Assembly: GCA_964398815.1 (NCBI GenBank)
Contig: CAYNNZ010000005.1
Coordinates: 5,739-69,738, forward strand
Direction: 5' to 3'
From: an uncultured Candidatus Saccharibacteria bacterium
Lineage (GTDB): Bacteria; Patescibacteriota; Minisyncoccia; Phycocordibacterales; Phycocordibacteraceae
DNA: 64,000 nucleotides
The notes under the pieces were generated by a model. That model had not been told where the DNA came from and did no database searches. It worked only from the letters and a program-made list of their open reading frames with translations. Position numbers and translations under genes: made by a program. Position 1 is the first letter of the stretch. Each line of letters begins with the position of its first letter. Of this stretch, positions 45,935 through 55,651 are shown one piece after another.

Positions 45935-47266
45935 CTAGTAGCCGGTGTAGTACGGATTGCTGCTCGCTTCCTGATAGGAGAAGTTTCCAGCGTAGCGACC
46001 GTTCACGTAGCAGGTACGGTCGAGCGTGCCTGCGTAGGTATCGCAGTACGCGCTACTACCGGTCTGCTGGCCGCCCGTGTATCCACCCTGATATCCGCCA
46101 CTGTAGGTACCGGACGTGTAGCCGCTCGAGTAGCCGGTGCTTGCGTAGTAGTTGAAGTTTCCAGCGTAGCGACCGTTCACGTAGCAGGTACGGTCGAGCG
46201 TGCCTGCGTAGGTATCGCAGTACGCGCTACTACCGGTCTGCTGGCCTCCGCCCGTGTATCCGCCTTGATAGCCGCCCTGGTACCCTCCTCCGTTTGGATT
46301 GTACGTACCGGTGTAACGGCCATTGGCGTAGCACGTACGGTCCATGTACCCCGAGTACGTGTTGCAGTAGGCGCTTCCGCCCTGTGCACCGCCATAGCCA
46401 CCGCTGTAGCCACCTGATGTACCACCCGTATAGCCACCACCGTTAGGGTTATACGTGCCAGTGTAGCGACCGTTCGCATAACACGTGCGGTCCATGTAGC
46501 CCGAGTAGGTGTTGCAGTAAGCGCTACCTCCCTGCGACCCGCCACCATATCCCCCGCCATATCCGCCATTACCGTATACCGGTGCGGTTACGCGAGTGGT
46601 AACGCTTGCCTGCGTGCGATGACCGTAATCGTCAGTCACAGTGAAGACCGGGGTGTACGTGCCCGGAGTCACGTAGACATGCGTGAATGTACCGGTCGAA
46701 TTCACCGAGGTGCTCGGGTAATAGGTGCTTGCGGTGCGTGCGCCATTATTCTCGTCGCCCCAGACGACGGTGTAGTGGAGCTGGCCGCCCTGATAATTAT
46801 TCCAGCCGGACACACGAACGGTCCATGTCCCGGTCTGGTTAACCGCGAGCGTGCTTGGGGCATCAATGCCCTGCACGGAGAGCTGGCCGTTGCCGTACCC
46901 ACCCCCGTGTCCGCCATTGCCGCCACAGGAGAGAGTCTGAATGCGTTGGCGCGTCGCGCTGTCTACGACGCCAGTCGCAGACAGTCCATTATCGGATTGG
47001 AAACGCTGCACGGCCGAGTACGTTGCTTGGTCGTAATAGCCGTTTGCGCTTCCGGTCATGTAGCCGCGCGCGACAAGGAAGCGCTGCAATGAACGAACGT
47101 CGTTCGAATTGTTCTGATAGTTGTACGAGATATCGCTTGCGAGTGTCGTGCACTGCATCTGCGATGGGTACTGGTTTTGGTCTGGCTGGGTATATGCGTA
47201 CCCGGCCCATCCCGACGCTGCAACGAACGGGAGGGCTGCCGTAGCTGCCATCTTGTGAAGAATCAT
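45935..47266 (-). CDS. Secreted surface protein: signal peptide, PG_binding_1 domain, PKD-like domain, four tandem Cys-containing repeats in Gly/Tyr-rich linkers
   Basis: 443 aa. LQRFLVARGYMTGSANGYYDQATYSAVQRFQSDNGLSATGVVD (peptidoglycan-binding). GTFTHVYVTPGTYTPVFTVTDDYGH (PKD). 4x SAYC[ND]TY[SA]G..DRTCY[AV]NGRY[TA]G. Confidence 0.6.
   Translation of the reverse strand: MILHKMAATAALPFVAASGWAGYAYTQPDQNQYPSQMQCTTLASDISYNYQNNSNDVRSLQRFLVARGYMTGSANGYYDQATYSAVQRFQSDNGLSATGVVDSATRQRIQTLSCGGNGGHGGGYGNGQLSVQGIDAPSTLAVNQTGTWTVRVSGWNNYQGGQLHYTVVWGDENNGARTASTYYPSTSVNSTGTFTHVYVTPGTYTPVFTVTDDYGHRTQASVTTRVTAPVYGNGGYGGGYGGGSQGGSAYCNTYSGYMDRTCYANGRYTGTYNPNGGGYTGGTSGGYSGGYGGAQGGSAYCNTYSGYMDRTCYANGRYTGTYNPNGGGYQGGYQGGYTGGGQQTGSSAYCDTYAGTLDRTCYVNGRYAGNFNYYASTGYSSGYTSGTYSGGYQGGYTGGQQTGSSAYCDTYAGTLDRTCYVNGRYAGNFSYQEASSNPYYTGY
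45946..46582 (-). repeat. Coding tandem repeats (two near-identical ~90-nt copies at 45973-46062 and 46157-46246, period ~184 nt, plus two diverged copies at ~46305-46385 and ~46455-46535)
   Basis: Direct DNA identity seen by eye. Not CRISPR (coding, unequal spacing). Confidence 0.6.
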
Positions 47267-47404
47267 ACGCGTCTAGGTTATAAAGGTAATTTCTGGTGAG
47301 CGTGACCACTATAGTCCCGCTCTATGGCACATGTCCATCAACGACCGCCAGTATGCCCGTAGCCGCATGAACGGTTCATGAACCTGCAAAAACCGGCCTA
47401 CTTC

Positions 47405-47433
47405 TTGATTATTTCATGCGTTTGAGGCATAAT
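47405..47433 (+). promoter_or_regulatory. Sigma70-type promoter TTGATT-N17-CATAAT for the RND operon
   Basis: TTGATT 47405-47410, CATAAT 47428-47433. Preceded by palindrome GGTTCATGAACC (47373-47384) embedded in direct repeat CATGAAC-GGTT-CATGAAC. Confidence 0.45.
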
Positions 47434-47452
47434 GCGCGCATACCTTATATAT

Positions 47453-48994
47453 ATGGCATCATTTTCATTTAAGCCGCTCGTTGCGCGTCTCTCCCCTGTT
47501 CGCCGTTTTTCGGTCCACACCTGGAGCAAATACCGCGCGCTCGCTCTCTGGCTCCAGATAGTCATCGGTGTGCTTGTGGTGATTGCGCTCTTCGCGCTTC
47601 TCATCGGGATCGGGAAGCTCGGTGCACCTAAAGCCACCGGAGATACGCTTGCGACAGTGACGCTCGCTCCTATCGCAGAAATTTCTGGTGGTACTTCGGG
47701 AGTCGGTGTCGTTGGAAATGTTCGCTCAGTGACGGAAGCGAGCATTCTCGCAGAGTCCGGGGGCGTAGTCCGTTCCGTATCCACCTCGGTCGGTGGCACC
47801 GTTCCGGCAGGATTCGTCATCGCGTCGCTTGAGAACGCGAGCCAGCGCGCAGCGGTGCTGCAGGCAGAAGGTGCATACGATGCAGCGGTCGCAGCGCGTT
47901 CCGGACTCTCCCCAGTCGACATCGGCACCTCGGCCCTCAATACCTACACCTCGTCCTACAATTCGCTCGACTCAATCGCGAAGAATTACATCGATGCGTT
48001 CTACGGAAATCCTGGCGCACAGGGCCCGCAGTTCCTTATTAGCCCGCAGCCGTTTGACTTCGACTACTTCCCACGCAAGCGCGCAGACCTTGCGCATGCG
48101 CTTGATACCTGGCGCTCGCATCTCGCCTCCGCAACTTCCGCAAACGCTCCTCAACTTCTCGAGGAAGCAGATACCGTTACCCGTCAGGCAAACTCGCTCA
48201 TTACGGATATCGCAAGCGCCGCAACGAAATACAACGGAGACGCGAACGCTACCCAGCTCGCCGCACTTGCTACCGCACGCACCTCGATTGCGAGCCTGCA
48301 GGCATCTATTACTGCCGCAAAGCAGGCAAACCAGAGCCAGTCGACGTCTGCATCTGCAGGCGCGAACGCCTCTGTAAAAGCAGCGCTCGGTACGCTCCGC
48401 GCCGCTCAGGCAAATCTTGAGAAGACGCTCGTGCGCGCACCTATCGGCGGCCAGGTAAACTTCCTCCCTATCCGCGTCGGCGATTACGTTACGCCGCTGC
48501 AGCATGTCGCAACCGTCGCACAGAACGGCGCACTTGAAATCGTCAGCTTCGTTTCCGAAGATACTCGCGCACAGCTCTCAGTCGGACAGAAGGTAACAGT
48601 GGAAGGCACCTTCCCTGCCGTCATCACCTCGATTGCTCCTGCACTCGACCCAGTCACCAAGCAGATTGAAGTGCACATTGCCGTGACCGGCAAAACCGAG
48701 CTCGTGAACGGCCAGTCGGTGCGCATCACGCTCCCAGGCGCCGCAGCTGCAACCACTACAGCTTCTACCGGGCCTATCCTCCTGCCGCTTACTGCACTTA
48801 AGCTCACTCCTTCCGCTCGCATCGTATTCTCGATTGGAGAAGACGGACGCCTCGTCGGACACGCAGTCGAGATAGGCGACGTGCGCGGAGATCGCATCGA
48901 AATCAAGACGGCACTGCCAGGAGACATGCGCATCGTCACTGACGCACGCGGCTTGTCCGAGGGTCAGAAAGTTAATGTAGCGACGGCTCAGTAA
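47453..48994 (+). CDS. RND efflux periplasmic adaptor (membrane fusion protein, HlyD/AcrA family)
   Basis: Start MASFSF (the 47432 ATG overlaps the -10). N-terminal TM anchor, long alpha-helical middle, C-terminal TLVRAPIGGQVNFLPIRVGDYVTP...QKVTVEG (beta-barrel/MP domain). Confidence 0.65.
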   Translation: MASFSFKPLVARLSPVRRFSVHTWSKYRALALWLQIVIGVLVVIALFALLIGIGKLGAPKATGDTLATVTLAPIAEISGGTSGVGVVGNVRSVTEASILAESGGVVRSVSTSVGGTVPAGFVIASLENASQRAAVLQAEGAYDAAVAARSGLSPVDIGTSALNTYTSSYNSLDSIAKNYIDAFYGNPGAQGPQFLISPQPFDFDYFPRKRADLAHALDTWRSHLASATSANAPQLLEEADTVTRQANSLITDIASAATKYNGDANATQLAALATARTSIASLQASITAAKQANQSQSTSASAGANASVKAALGTLRAAQANLEKTLVRAPIGGQVNFLPIRVGDYVTPLQHVATVAQNGALEIVSFVSEDTRAQLSVGQKVTVEGTFPAVITSIAPALDPVTKQIEVHIAVTGKTELVNGQSVRITLPGAAAATTTASTGPILLPLTALKLTPSARIVFSIGEDGRLVGHAVEIGDVRGDRIEIKTALPGDMRIVTDARGLSEGQKVNVATAQ

Positions 48995-49011
48995 CACCAC
49001 CAGCCTCGCGT

Positions 49012-52000
49012 ATGCATAAATTCTGGAACTTCTTCATAGCAAAACACCACTTCACGGTGTTTCTCATGGGCGTCCTCTTTTTGGGAGGACTTTATGCCGT
49101 GTCTGCAATTCCAAAAGAAGCGACTCCAGACATCACCATCCCGCTTGGCATTGTCACGACCGTACTACCAGGAGCTTCGTCCGCTGACGTCGAACGTCTC
49201 ATCACCGACAAGATAGAGAGCGGCGTACTCGGTGTTGAGCACGTTTCGAAAGTTACTTCCTCTTCAGGCGAGGGTGTCTCATCGGTCTCGGTCGAATTCG
49301 ATGCGTCAGCAAATATTGATAAATCCATTCAGTCACTTAAGGACGCCGTCGATAAGGTGAAGTCCGAACTTCCTGAGGAAGCGACGGACCCGTTGGTATC
49401 GGATGTGAACTTCTCCGACCAGCCAGTCATCATCATTTCCGTTTCCGGCAATCTCGCACCTGCGGAGCTCACAACGCTTGGCGAGAGTGTTTCGGATGAA
49501 GTGAAGCGTGTGTCTGGCGTCTCCAAAGTCGTCGTCTCCGGTACGCGCGACCGCCAAGTGCAGGTCATCGTGAAGGAGGAGCGTCTGCGCCAGTACAATC
49601 TCTCCCTCTCGGATGTCACCAATGCACTCCGTGCTGCCGGTGTCGCCTCCCCTGCCGGCACGCTCACGGTAGACGGCGTGCGCTATGCCGTGCGCTTCGA
49701 GTCAGGCGTACCGTCAACTGAAGCAGTCGCAAGCGTTGCACTCGCGGGCCCGGGCGGTTCCGTGCTTCATGTACGCGACGTCGCAGAGGTCATCGACGGA
49801 CTCGAGGACCCAGCGACCTATTCGCGCGTTTCTGTTTCCGGAAAGCCGGCTCAGCCATCGCTCACGCTCATTGTCTACAAGACACGCGGCGGCAATATCG
49901 CCGCAACCGGCAAGGCAGTGCAACAGAAGCTGAAGGACCTCCAGAAGTCCGGTCTCCTTGAAGGAACCGAGACGGTTATTTCATACGATGCCGCTGATGA
50001 GGTCGATAAATCACTGACGGAACTCACGCGCGCAGGCGTCGAGACCGTCATCCTCGTGATGCTCATCCTTCTCTTTACGCTCGGCTGGCGCGAGTCAGTA
50101 GTTGCTGCTGCATCCATTCCACTTTCATTCCTCATTGCCTTCATTGGCATGTACGCCGCAGGCAACACACTCAATAACGTCTCCCTGTTCTCACTCATCC
50201 TTGCCATCGGTATTCTCGTCGACTCCGGTATCGTGGTGGTCGAAGCATTCCATACACGCCTCATTAAATACGGGGACAAGCACGAGGCAGCGAAAGCAGC
50301 CATCCGCGAATACGCATGGCCGCTTATCGCTGGAACGTTCACGACCATCGTGGTGTTCGTGCCGCTCTTCTTCCTCTCCGGCATCGTCGGAAAATTCCTG
50401 GCGTCTATTCCGTACACGGTCATCTTCGTGCTTCTCGCATCCATCTTCGTTGCGCTTGGCTTCGTCCCACTTCTTGCCATCTTCTTCGTGAAGGCAACGC
50501 ACACGGAAGTGGAGAATCGCCAGGAACGCTACAACCGCATCGCAAAGACGTGGTACCAGAACTTCCTACATAAGCTGCTCGCGAACAAGAAAGGTCAGAC
50601 GACCTTCATGATTACGATGGGTGTTCTGTTTGTCATCGCACTCGCACTTCCGGCGACCGGCATTTTGAAATCTATCTTCTTCCCTGCTGCGGACTCTGAC
50701 TATGTATACGTCCAGATTGAAAAGCCACAGGGCACGGAGCTCGCAGAGACCGACCTCGTCGTGCGTGAAGCAGAGGAACTTCTCTATGCGAACAAGCAGG
50801 TTGAATCATTCGTGAGCGAAACGGGTGCAGGCAGCTCGTTCGCTTCATCGGATTTCGGTGGTCCTGGCTCTGCCACGAACGTCGGCAACATCACCGTGAA
50901 CCTACATAAGGGTCACCACATCCCGAGTGCCAAATTCGTAGAGCAGCTCCGTAAGGAACTTTCAGGCATAACATCGGCGAAGATTACCGTCGGCGAACCT
51001 GCGGGTGGGCCTCCTGCAGCCGCTCCAGTCACGGTCACTTTCACCGGCAACGACCTCGGTGGTCTATCTCTTACTGCAGATCGCGCCGTGCAGACACTCT
51101 CCGACATTCCGGGCGTCGTGAACATTAACTCAAGCGCAAAGAACGCGACTGCCGAATTCGTCGTGCACCTCGATGCCGCAAAGGCCTCCGAGCTCGGCGT
51201 CTCCCCTCTTTCGGTCGCCGACACGCTCCGTACCGCACTCTTCTCTGCAAAGGCGACTTCCATCCGCCAAGGTAAGGACGATATCGAGGTACGCACGAAG
51301 CTCGATCTTAATCCGACCTATCGCGACCCATCCGAGACCACCCACGCGACCATCGACGCGGTGCGCGAACTCACTGTAAACGGCACTAAGGGGCCGGTCG
51401 CACTCGCGACCATTGCGGACATTACCTACGAACCGGCACAGACCGCCATCAACCATGAAGCGGGCGAACGCATTACGACTGTGACGGCAGAGGTCGCTCC
51501 TGGAGTAAACGCTATCGAGGTAACCGCGAAATTCCAGAAAGCCTTCACAAAAGACAAACTGGCCCCGGGCATAATTCAGAAAGTCGGTGGTGAGAGCGAG
51601 GACATCAACAAATCCTTTACCGAGCTCTTCGTCGCGCTCATCGCGGGTGCCGCACTCATGCTCTCCATTCTCATCCTCGAATTCAACTCCTTCCGCCACT
51701 CCTTCTATCTGCTTCTCATCATCCCGCTCTCGCTTATCGGCGTGTTTGCCGGTCTTGCGCTCGTCGGCCAGCCGCTCTCGCTTACCTCGATGCTCGGCGT
51801 CATCGCACTTGCCGGCGTCATCATCAATCACGCCATCATTCTCATGGACTCCATCGCACGTATCCATCGCGAGCATCCGGAGCTCTCACTTGAGAACGTC
51901 GTGGTCGAGGCAGCCTCGACCCGTCTGCGCCCCATCATCCTCACGACCGTCGTGACGGTCATCGGCATGATGCCGCTCATCTTCGTGAATGCGTTCTGGG

Positions 52001-52155
52001 CGCCGCTCGCATTCGCCGTTATGGCCGGCCTCGCCTTCTCCCTCCTCCTCACCCTCGTACTCATCCCGATTCTCTACTTCCGTTGGCCGGGCAAAGAAGT
52101 GTATGAGCGCTATACGCGCTATCCGCTTCCGGAGGACGCGACTCTTTCGCACTAG
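49012..52155 (+). CDS. RND efflux transporter permease (AcrB/HAE1-like)
   Basis: 1047 aa. 12 TM with two large periplasmic loops. Typical RND motifs (GIVVVEAF..., ALAGVIINHAIILMD). Confidence 0.9.
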   Translation: MHKFWNFFIAKHHFTVFLMGVLFLGGLYAVSAIPKEATPDITIPLGIVTTVLPGASSADVERLITDKIESGVLGVEHVSKVTSSSGEGVSSVSVEFDASANIDKSIQSLKDAVDKVKSELPEEATDPLVSDVNFSDQPVIIISVSGNLAPAELTTLGESVSDEVKRVSGVSKVVVSGTRDRQVQVIVKEERLRQYNLSLSDVTNALRAAGVASPAGTLTVDGVRYAVRFESGVPSTEAVASVALAGPGGSVLHVRDVAEVIDGLEDPATYSRVSVSGKPAQPSLTLIVYKTRGGNIAATGKAVQQKLKDLQKSGLLEGTETVISYDAADEVDKSLTELTRAGVETVILVMLILLFTLGWRESVVAAASIPLSFLIAFIGMYAAGNTLNNVSLFSLILAIGILVDSGIVVVEAFHTRLIKYGDKHEAAKAAIREYAWPLIAGTFTTIVVFVPLFFLSGIVGKFLASIPYTVIFVLLASIFVALGFVPLLAIFFVKATHTEVENRQERYNRIAKTWYQNFLHKLLANKKGQTTFMITMGVLFVIALALPATGILKSIFFPAADSDYVYVQIEKPQGTELAETDLVVREAEELLYANKQVESFVSETGAGSSFASSDFGGPGSATNVGNITVNLHKGHHIPSAKFVEQLRKELSGITSAKITVGEPAGGPPAAAPVTVTFTGNDLGGLSLTADRAVQTLSDIPGVVNINSSAKNATAEFVVHLDAAKASELGVSPLSVADTLRTALFSAKATSIRQGKDDIEVRTKLDLNPTYRDPSETTHATIDAVRELTVNGTKGPVALATIADITYEPAQTAINHEAGERITTVTAEVAPGVNAIEVTAKFQKAFTKDKLAPGIIQKVGGESEDINKSFTELFVALIAGAALMLSILILEFNSFRHSFYLLLIIPLSLIGVFAGLALVGQPLSLTSMLGVIALAGVIINHAIILMDSIARIHREHPELSLENVVVEAASTRLRPIILTTVVTVIGMMPLIFVNAFWAPLAFAVMAGLAFSLLLTLVLIPILYFRWPGKEVYERYTRYPLPEDATLSH

Positions 52156-52215
52156 TTAGTCCTATTTCTTGATACCTCTGAGCGAGGTATAGTCGCTCCG
52201 GAAAGGGGGTGGAAC

Positions 52216-52602
52216 ATGGAACCCACCGACTGGAAGCCTACGGGCTCGATACGTATAACATCAGTGCCTGCGGGCCAAGCGCCCGACTGGGTCCGGGAGA
52301 AGTGGGTGGGACTCGTTCTTCCCTGCTATCCCGTCGCGGGCCATGTCGGCCTCGCGCTCGGTGTTGAAACTCTGACGCCGCAGTCTCGTCCCATCGGCTA
52401 CATCGTTCCGCAGGAAGAAGCAATCGAAATCCTGCGGGGTCATGATTCCGCTGCTGCGGCATGGTGGAACGCCCGCGGTTTTCCGCGTCTGATGTTGCCT
52501 AATTTCTGCTTCCAATTCGACGAGGCAGAAATCATCGAGGGGGTCACCATCCAGCAAATCATCGAGGTGACCGACGAGATGCAGGGTGACCCGAATCGCT
52601 AA
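52216..52602 (+). CDS. Hypothetical protein
   Basis: 128 aa, GGGTGGAAC RBS-like upstream. No family assigned. Confidence 0.3.
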   Translation: MEPTDWKPTGSIRITSVPAGQAPDWVREKWVGLVLPCYPVAGHVGLALGVETLTPQSRPIGYIVPQEEAIEILRGHDSAAAAWWNARGFPRLMLPNFCFQFDEAEIIEGVTIQQIIEVTDEMQGDPNR

Positions 52603-52688
52603 TGGCGCGAAAGGCGCCACAGAAGGGCCCGGACTTGTTCCGGGTCCTGCCTTTTTCATACTCACAACAGCTGTCCGCGCGCATACTC

Positions 52689-52718
52689 TTGACCGGTGAA
52701 CCATAGTTCACCTACACT
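52689..52718 (+). promoter_or_regulatory. lexA promoter with embedded Cheo-type LexA operator GTGAAC-CATA-GTTCAC
   Basis: TTGACC 52689-52694, 18-nt spacer containing palindrome 52697-52712 (GAAC-N4-GTTC), TACACT 52713-52718. 8 nt before the lexA ATG region. Confidence 0.6.
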
Positions 52719-52726
52719 AGAGAGAT

Positions 52727-53293
52727 ATGTACGACACCTACAAGCGCAAAATCATCGGGTTCTGGGAACGCCACAAGCGCATGCCGGGCTACAAGGAAAT
52801 CATGAGCGCGACTGGCCTCGCCTCGAAGAATTCGGTCTACAAACTCCTCAACAAACTGGTCGATGAGGGTGTCCTCCAGAAATCCCGCGATGGCAAACTC
52901 TCTCCCGGTCGCGCGCTCGTCGGCGTACCGCTCCTCGGTCTGGTGGAAGCAGGCTTCCCCTCCCCAGCAGAAGAAGAGCTGCTCGATGTCATGGACTTCG
53001 ATGAATTCCTCACGCCGAACAAAGAAAACTCCTACATTCTCAAAGTGAAGGGCGAGAGCATGATAGACGCGGGCATCTGCCCGGGCGACCTCGTCATCGT
53101 CGAGCGCCGACCGAGCTACAAGCCGGGACAAATCGTCATCGCGGCAGTGGAGGGCGAGTACACGATGAAATATCTCCGGAAGAACGGCGATACGTTCTAC
53201 CTCGACCCGGCGAATGCGGCATACAAGCCGATATACCCGAAAGGAGCACTGACTATTGAAGCAGTAGTTACCGGCGTCGTCCGCAAGTACTAG
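52727..53293 (+). CDS. lexA: LexA repressor (S24 peptidase)
   Basis: 188 aa. N-terminal wHTH. VPLLGLVEAGFPSPAEE cleavage region (AG). GESM (catalytic Ser) ... KYLRK (Lys). Confidence 0.85.
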   Translation: MYDTYKRKIIGFWERHKRMPGYKEIMSATGLASKNSVYKLLNKLVDEGVLQKSRDGKLSPGRALVGVPLLGLVEAGFPSPAEEELLDVMDFDEFLTPNKENSYILKVKGESMIDAGICPGDLVIVERRPSYKPGQIVIAAVEGEYTMKYLRKNGDTFYLDPANAAYKPIYPKGALTIEAVVTGVVRKY

Positions 53294-53296
53294 CGT

Positions 53297-54631
53297 ATGC
53301 CAACGGAAGTGGGTTGGGGCAAATCCTATTACTACCCACGAGCATTAGTACACGTCGATGGCGATGGATTCTTCGCTGCCTGCGAAGTCGCGCGCGACCC
53401 GCGGTTGCGCGGTAAGCCTGTCGTAACAGGTGCCGAGCGTGGCATCGTATCGGCTGCAACCTATGAAGCGAAGGCGCGCGGTATCTCTCGCGGTGTTCGG
53501 CTCGCAGACGTGCACAAGATATGCCCGGAGGCGATTATCATGCCGTCCGATTATGAACTCTATACGCTCTACTCGCTTCGCATGTATGAAATCATGCGAC
53601 GCTACACACCCGAGGTGGAAGAGTATGGGATTGATGAGTGCTTCGGAGACATCACCGGACTGCGACGCACCTTCCATATGGGCTATGAGGAAATCGCTCG
53701 CAAGATAAAAGATGACCTGTACCGAGAACTCGACATTACTTTTTCCGTAGGACTTGCCGCGACGAAGGTGCTTGCGAAGGTAGGCTCAAAATACGCGAAG
53801 CCCGACGGCTTCACACCAATCCGCCTGTCCGAGAAGGACAAGTTCCTCGCGAATACCCTTATCGGTAACATCTGGGGCATCGGACCTAATACCACCGCCC
53901 TCCTGAATAAGCACGGAATAAAAACGGCGCTCGACTTTGCGAACAAACGGGAAGAATGGGTACGAAGCATCGCGAACAAGCCTATCATCGAGGTATGGAA
54001 GGAATTGAACGGCATTCTCGTCTACGAGCTCTCTACCGAGAAGAAGGATGACTATCGCTCGATTCAAAAGACCCGCACCTTCTCTCCCCCATCAAATAGC
54101 GCTGTGTTTGTCTATTCCCAACTTTCGAAAAACGTCGAGGGGGCCTGCGCGAAGGCTCGGTATCACGGCCTCGCCCCCACGGGCTTCTCATTCTTTTTAA
54201 AGTCTCAGAATTTTCGCTATCGCGGGGCGGAAGTGAAGCTGGCCCGACCCACGAATGCGCCCCATGAAATACTTGCGGCGATGCAGCCGCATTTCCTGAA
54301 AGTTTTCCGCAAAGGCACGGAGTACCGAGCCTCGGGCGTCACCCTCTTCGGCCTCCATGACGCGAAAGAGGTTCAGCTGGATCTATTCCGTAGTAAAGAG
54401 AATGCGGACGGTATTGCGCGCATATTCGAGAAAGTCGATGTGCTGAACGACCGCTATGGAAGAAACGCCATATACCTCGGCTCATCCATGAACGCGATAG
54501 AGGCGGGTAAGAAACGCGCTCTCTCCGACCGCGGCATCGGAAGCTCCTCGACCAAGCGACGTGACGCGCTCTTTGCAGGGAAAGAGCGGCAGAAAGTATT
54601 CGCCCTTCCTTATCTAGGAGAAGTTACGTAA
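53297..54631 (+). CDS. Y-family translesion DNA polymerase (DinB/UmuC-like)
   Basis: 444 aa. ALVHVDGDGFFAACEV (catalytic D..D), SIDE-like IDECFGD, little-finger domain. 4 nt after the lexA stop. Confidence 0.85.
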   Translation: MPTEVGWGKSYYYPRALVHVDGDGFFAACEVARDPRLRGKPVVTGAERGIVSAATYEAKARGISRGVRLADVHKICPEAIIMPSDYELYTLYSLRMYEIMRRYTPEVEEYGIDECFGDITGLRRTFHMGYEEIARKIKDDLYRELDITFSVGLAATKVLAKVGSKYAKPDGFTPIRLSEKDKFLANTLIGNIWGIGPNTTALLNKHGIKTALDFANKREEWVRSIANKPIIEVWKELNGILVYELSTEKKDDYRSIQKTRTFSPPSNSAVFVYSQLSKNVEGACAKARYHGLAPTGFSFFLKSQNFRYRGAEVKLARPTNAPHEILAAMQPHFLKVFRKGTEYRASGVTLFGLHDAKEVQLDLFRSKENADGIARIFEKVDVLNDRYGRNAIYLGSSMNAIEAGKKRALSDRGIGSSSTKRRDALFAGKERQKVFALPYLGEVT

Positions 54632-55535
54632 GCGAGGACTCGGGCACGACCGCCTTGAACGCCTGCGGGACGAACTCAATGCGGACCGTTTCCGGAAGCA
54701 TAATTTGTTCACCATCAAGCGTTGCTGGTATGTGCTCTGTGTTCGTAAGAGTGATGCGGTCTGCTTTCGCGACCACTACGTTCGGATCATCGCGCCAGGT
54801 GCCAAAGGCGCCTGCGACTGCGATACCGAGCGCCTCTCCCACGCCCGGAGTAACAAACGCCGCTGCCTCGAGCACTGCCTCCTCCGGATGCATGGCATCA
54901 GACACGAGCGGACAGGTAATCGCGACCGTCTGCGCCTCCCCTGATGCCTTCTTCCCGAACTCATAGGCAAGCACTGCAGTCGGCGCCTCCGCCACCACCT
55001 GCCCGGCAATTGCGAGTGCGTCCCCCACCGCTCCATCGCGCACCGCTTCACGCGCAGCGGTAAGCCGGGTAGACGCACCAAACAGCGCAGCGCAATAAAA
55101 TTCCTCGTCGTCGATTTTCCCGCAAGAGACGTTACGAAGAACAGGCGCCGCGAGCGTATCACGGAGTATGTCGCGCCAGGGACGCGCTCCGTAGAGTGCG
55201 GTCGGGAGCATGTTCATGGTTCCGCCGGGAAGCGGAAGGAGGTACGGGCCTTCTGGGTCTGCGAGTTCTGCTGCGGAGCGAATGGTGCCGTCCCCACCAA
55301 GAACTACCAGGACGTCCAGCCGCTCCTCCTTCGCCTCCTCGAGATAGCCCGCGAGCTCTTCCGGACCTCCGCACCACACGCGACTGAACGCCGGATTAGC
55401 TGCGGCTATGTGTTGAGTAATTTCAGCTTCTGCTGCAGCGTCACACTGCCCGCTTGCGGTATTCAAAATCGCACCGATGCGCAGTGCGGCAAGATCGAGA
55501 CGTGTTCCGGTTGCTGCCATAGGGGCATCCTGCAT
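54624..55535 (-). CDS. Diacylglycerol/lipid kinase catalytic-domain protein (DAGK_cat, YegS/BmrU-like)
   Basis: 303 aa. VLVVLGGDGTIRSAAE (GGDG motif). Confidence 0.7.
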   Translation of the reverse strand: MQDAPMAATGTRLDLAALRIGAILNTASGQCDAAAEAEITQHIAAANPAFSRVWCGGPEELAGYLEEAKEERLDVLVVLGGDGTIRSAAELADPEGPYLLPLPGGTMNMLPTALYGARPWRDILRDTLAAPVLRNVSCGKIDDEEFYCAALFGASTRLTAAREAVRDGAVGDALAIAGQVVAEAPTAVLAYEFGKKASGEAQTVAITCPLVSDAMHPEEAVLEAAAFVTPGVGEALGIAVAGAFGTWRDDPNVVVAKADRITLTNTEHIPATLDGEQIMLPETVRIEFVPQAFKAVVPESSLT

Positions 55536-55651
55536 GGATTCGGAAAAAGAAGCAATGAAGGGGTATGTGGCTTGCAGGAAATCGAGTCCCGTTGAATACT
55601 CGACTCTGGCCAGAACATTTCATCCTTTCACCCTGGCCGAGGGAGGTTACG

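Noticed and set aside
45946-46582. Tandem DNA repeats considered as a possible CRISPR array
   Set aside because: Repeats are inside a long ORF, translate into a protein repeat, have unequal spacing and no cas genes nearby.
49875-51876. Minus-strand ORFs (209, 248, 127 aa) within the RND permease gene
   Set aside because: Antisense to a 1047-aa RND transporter with clear motifs.
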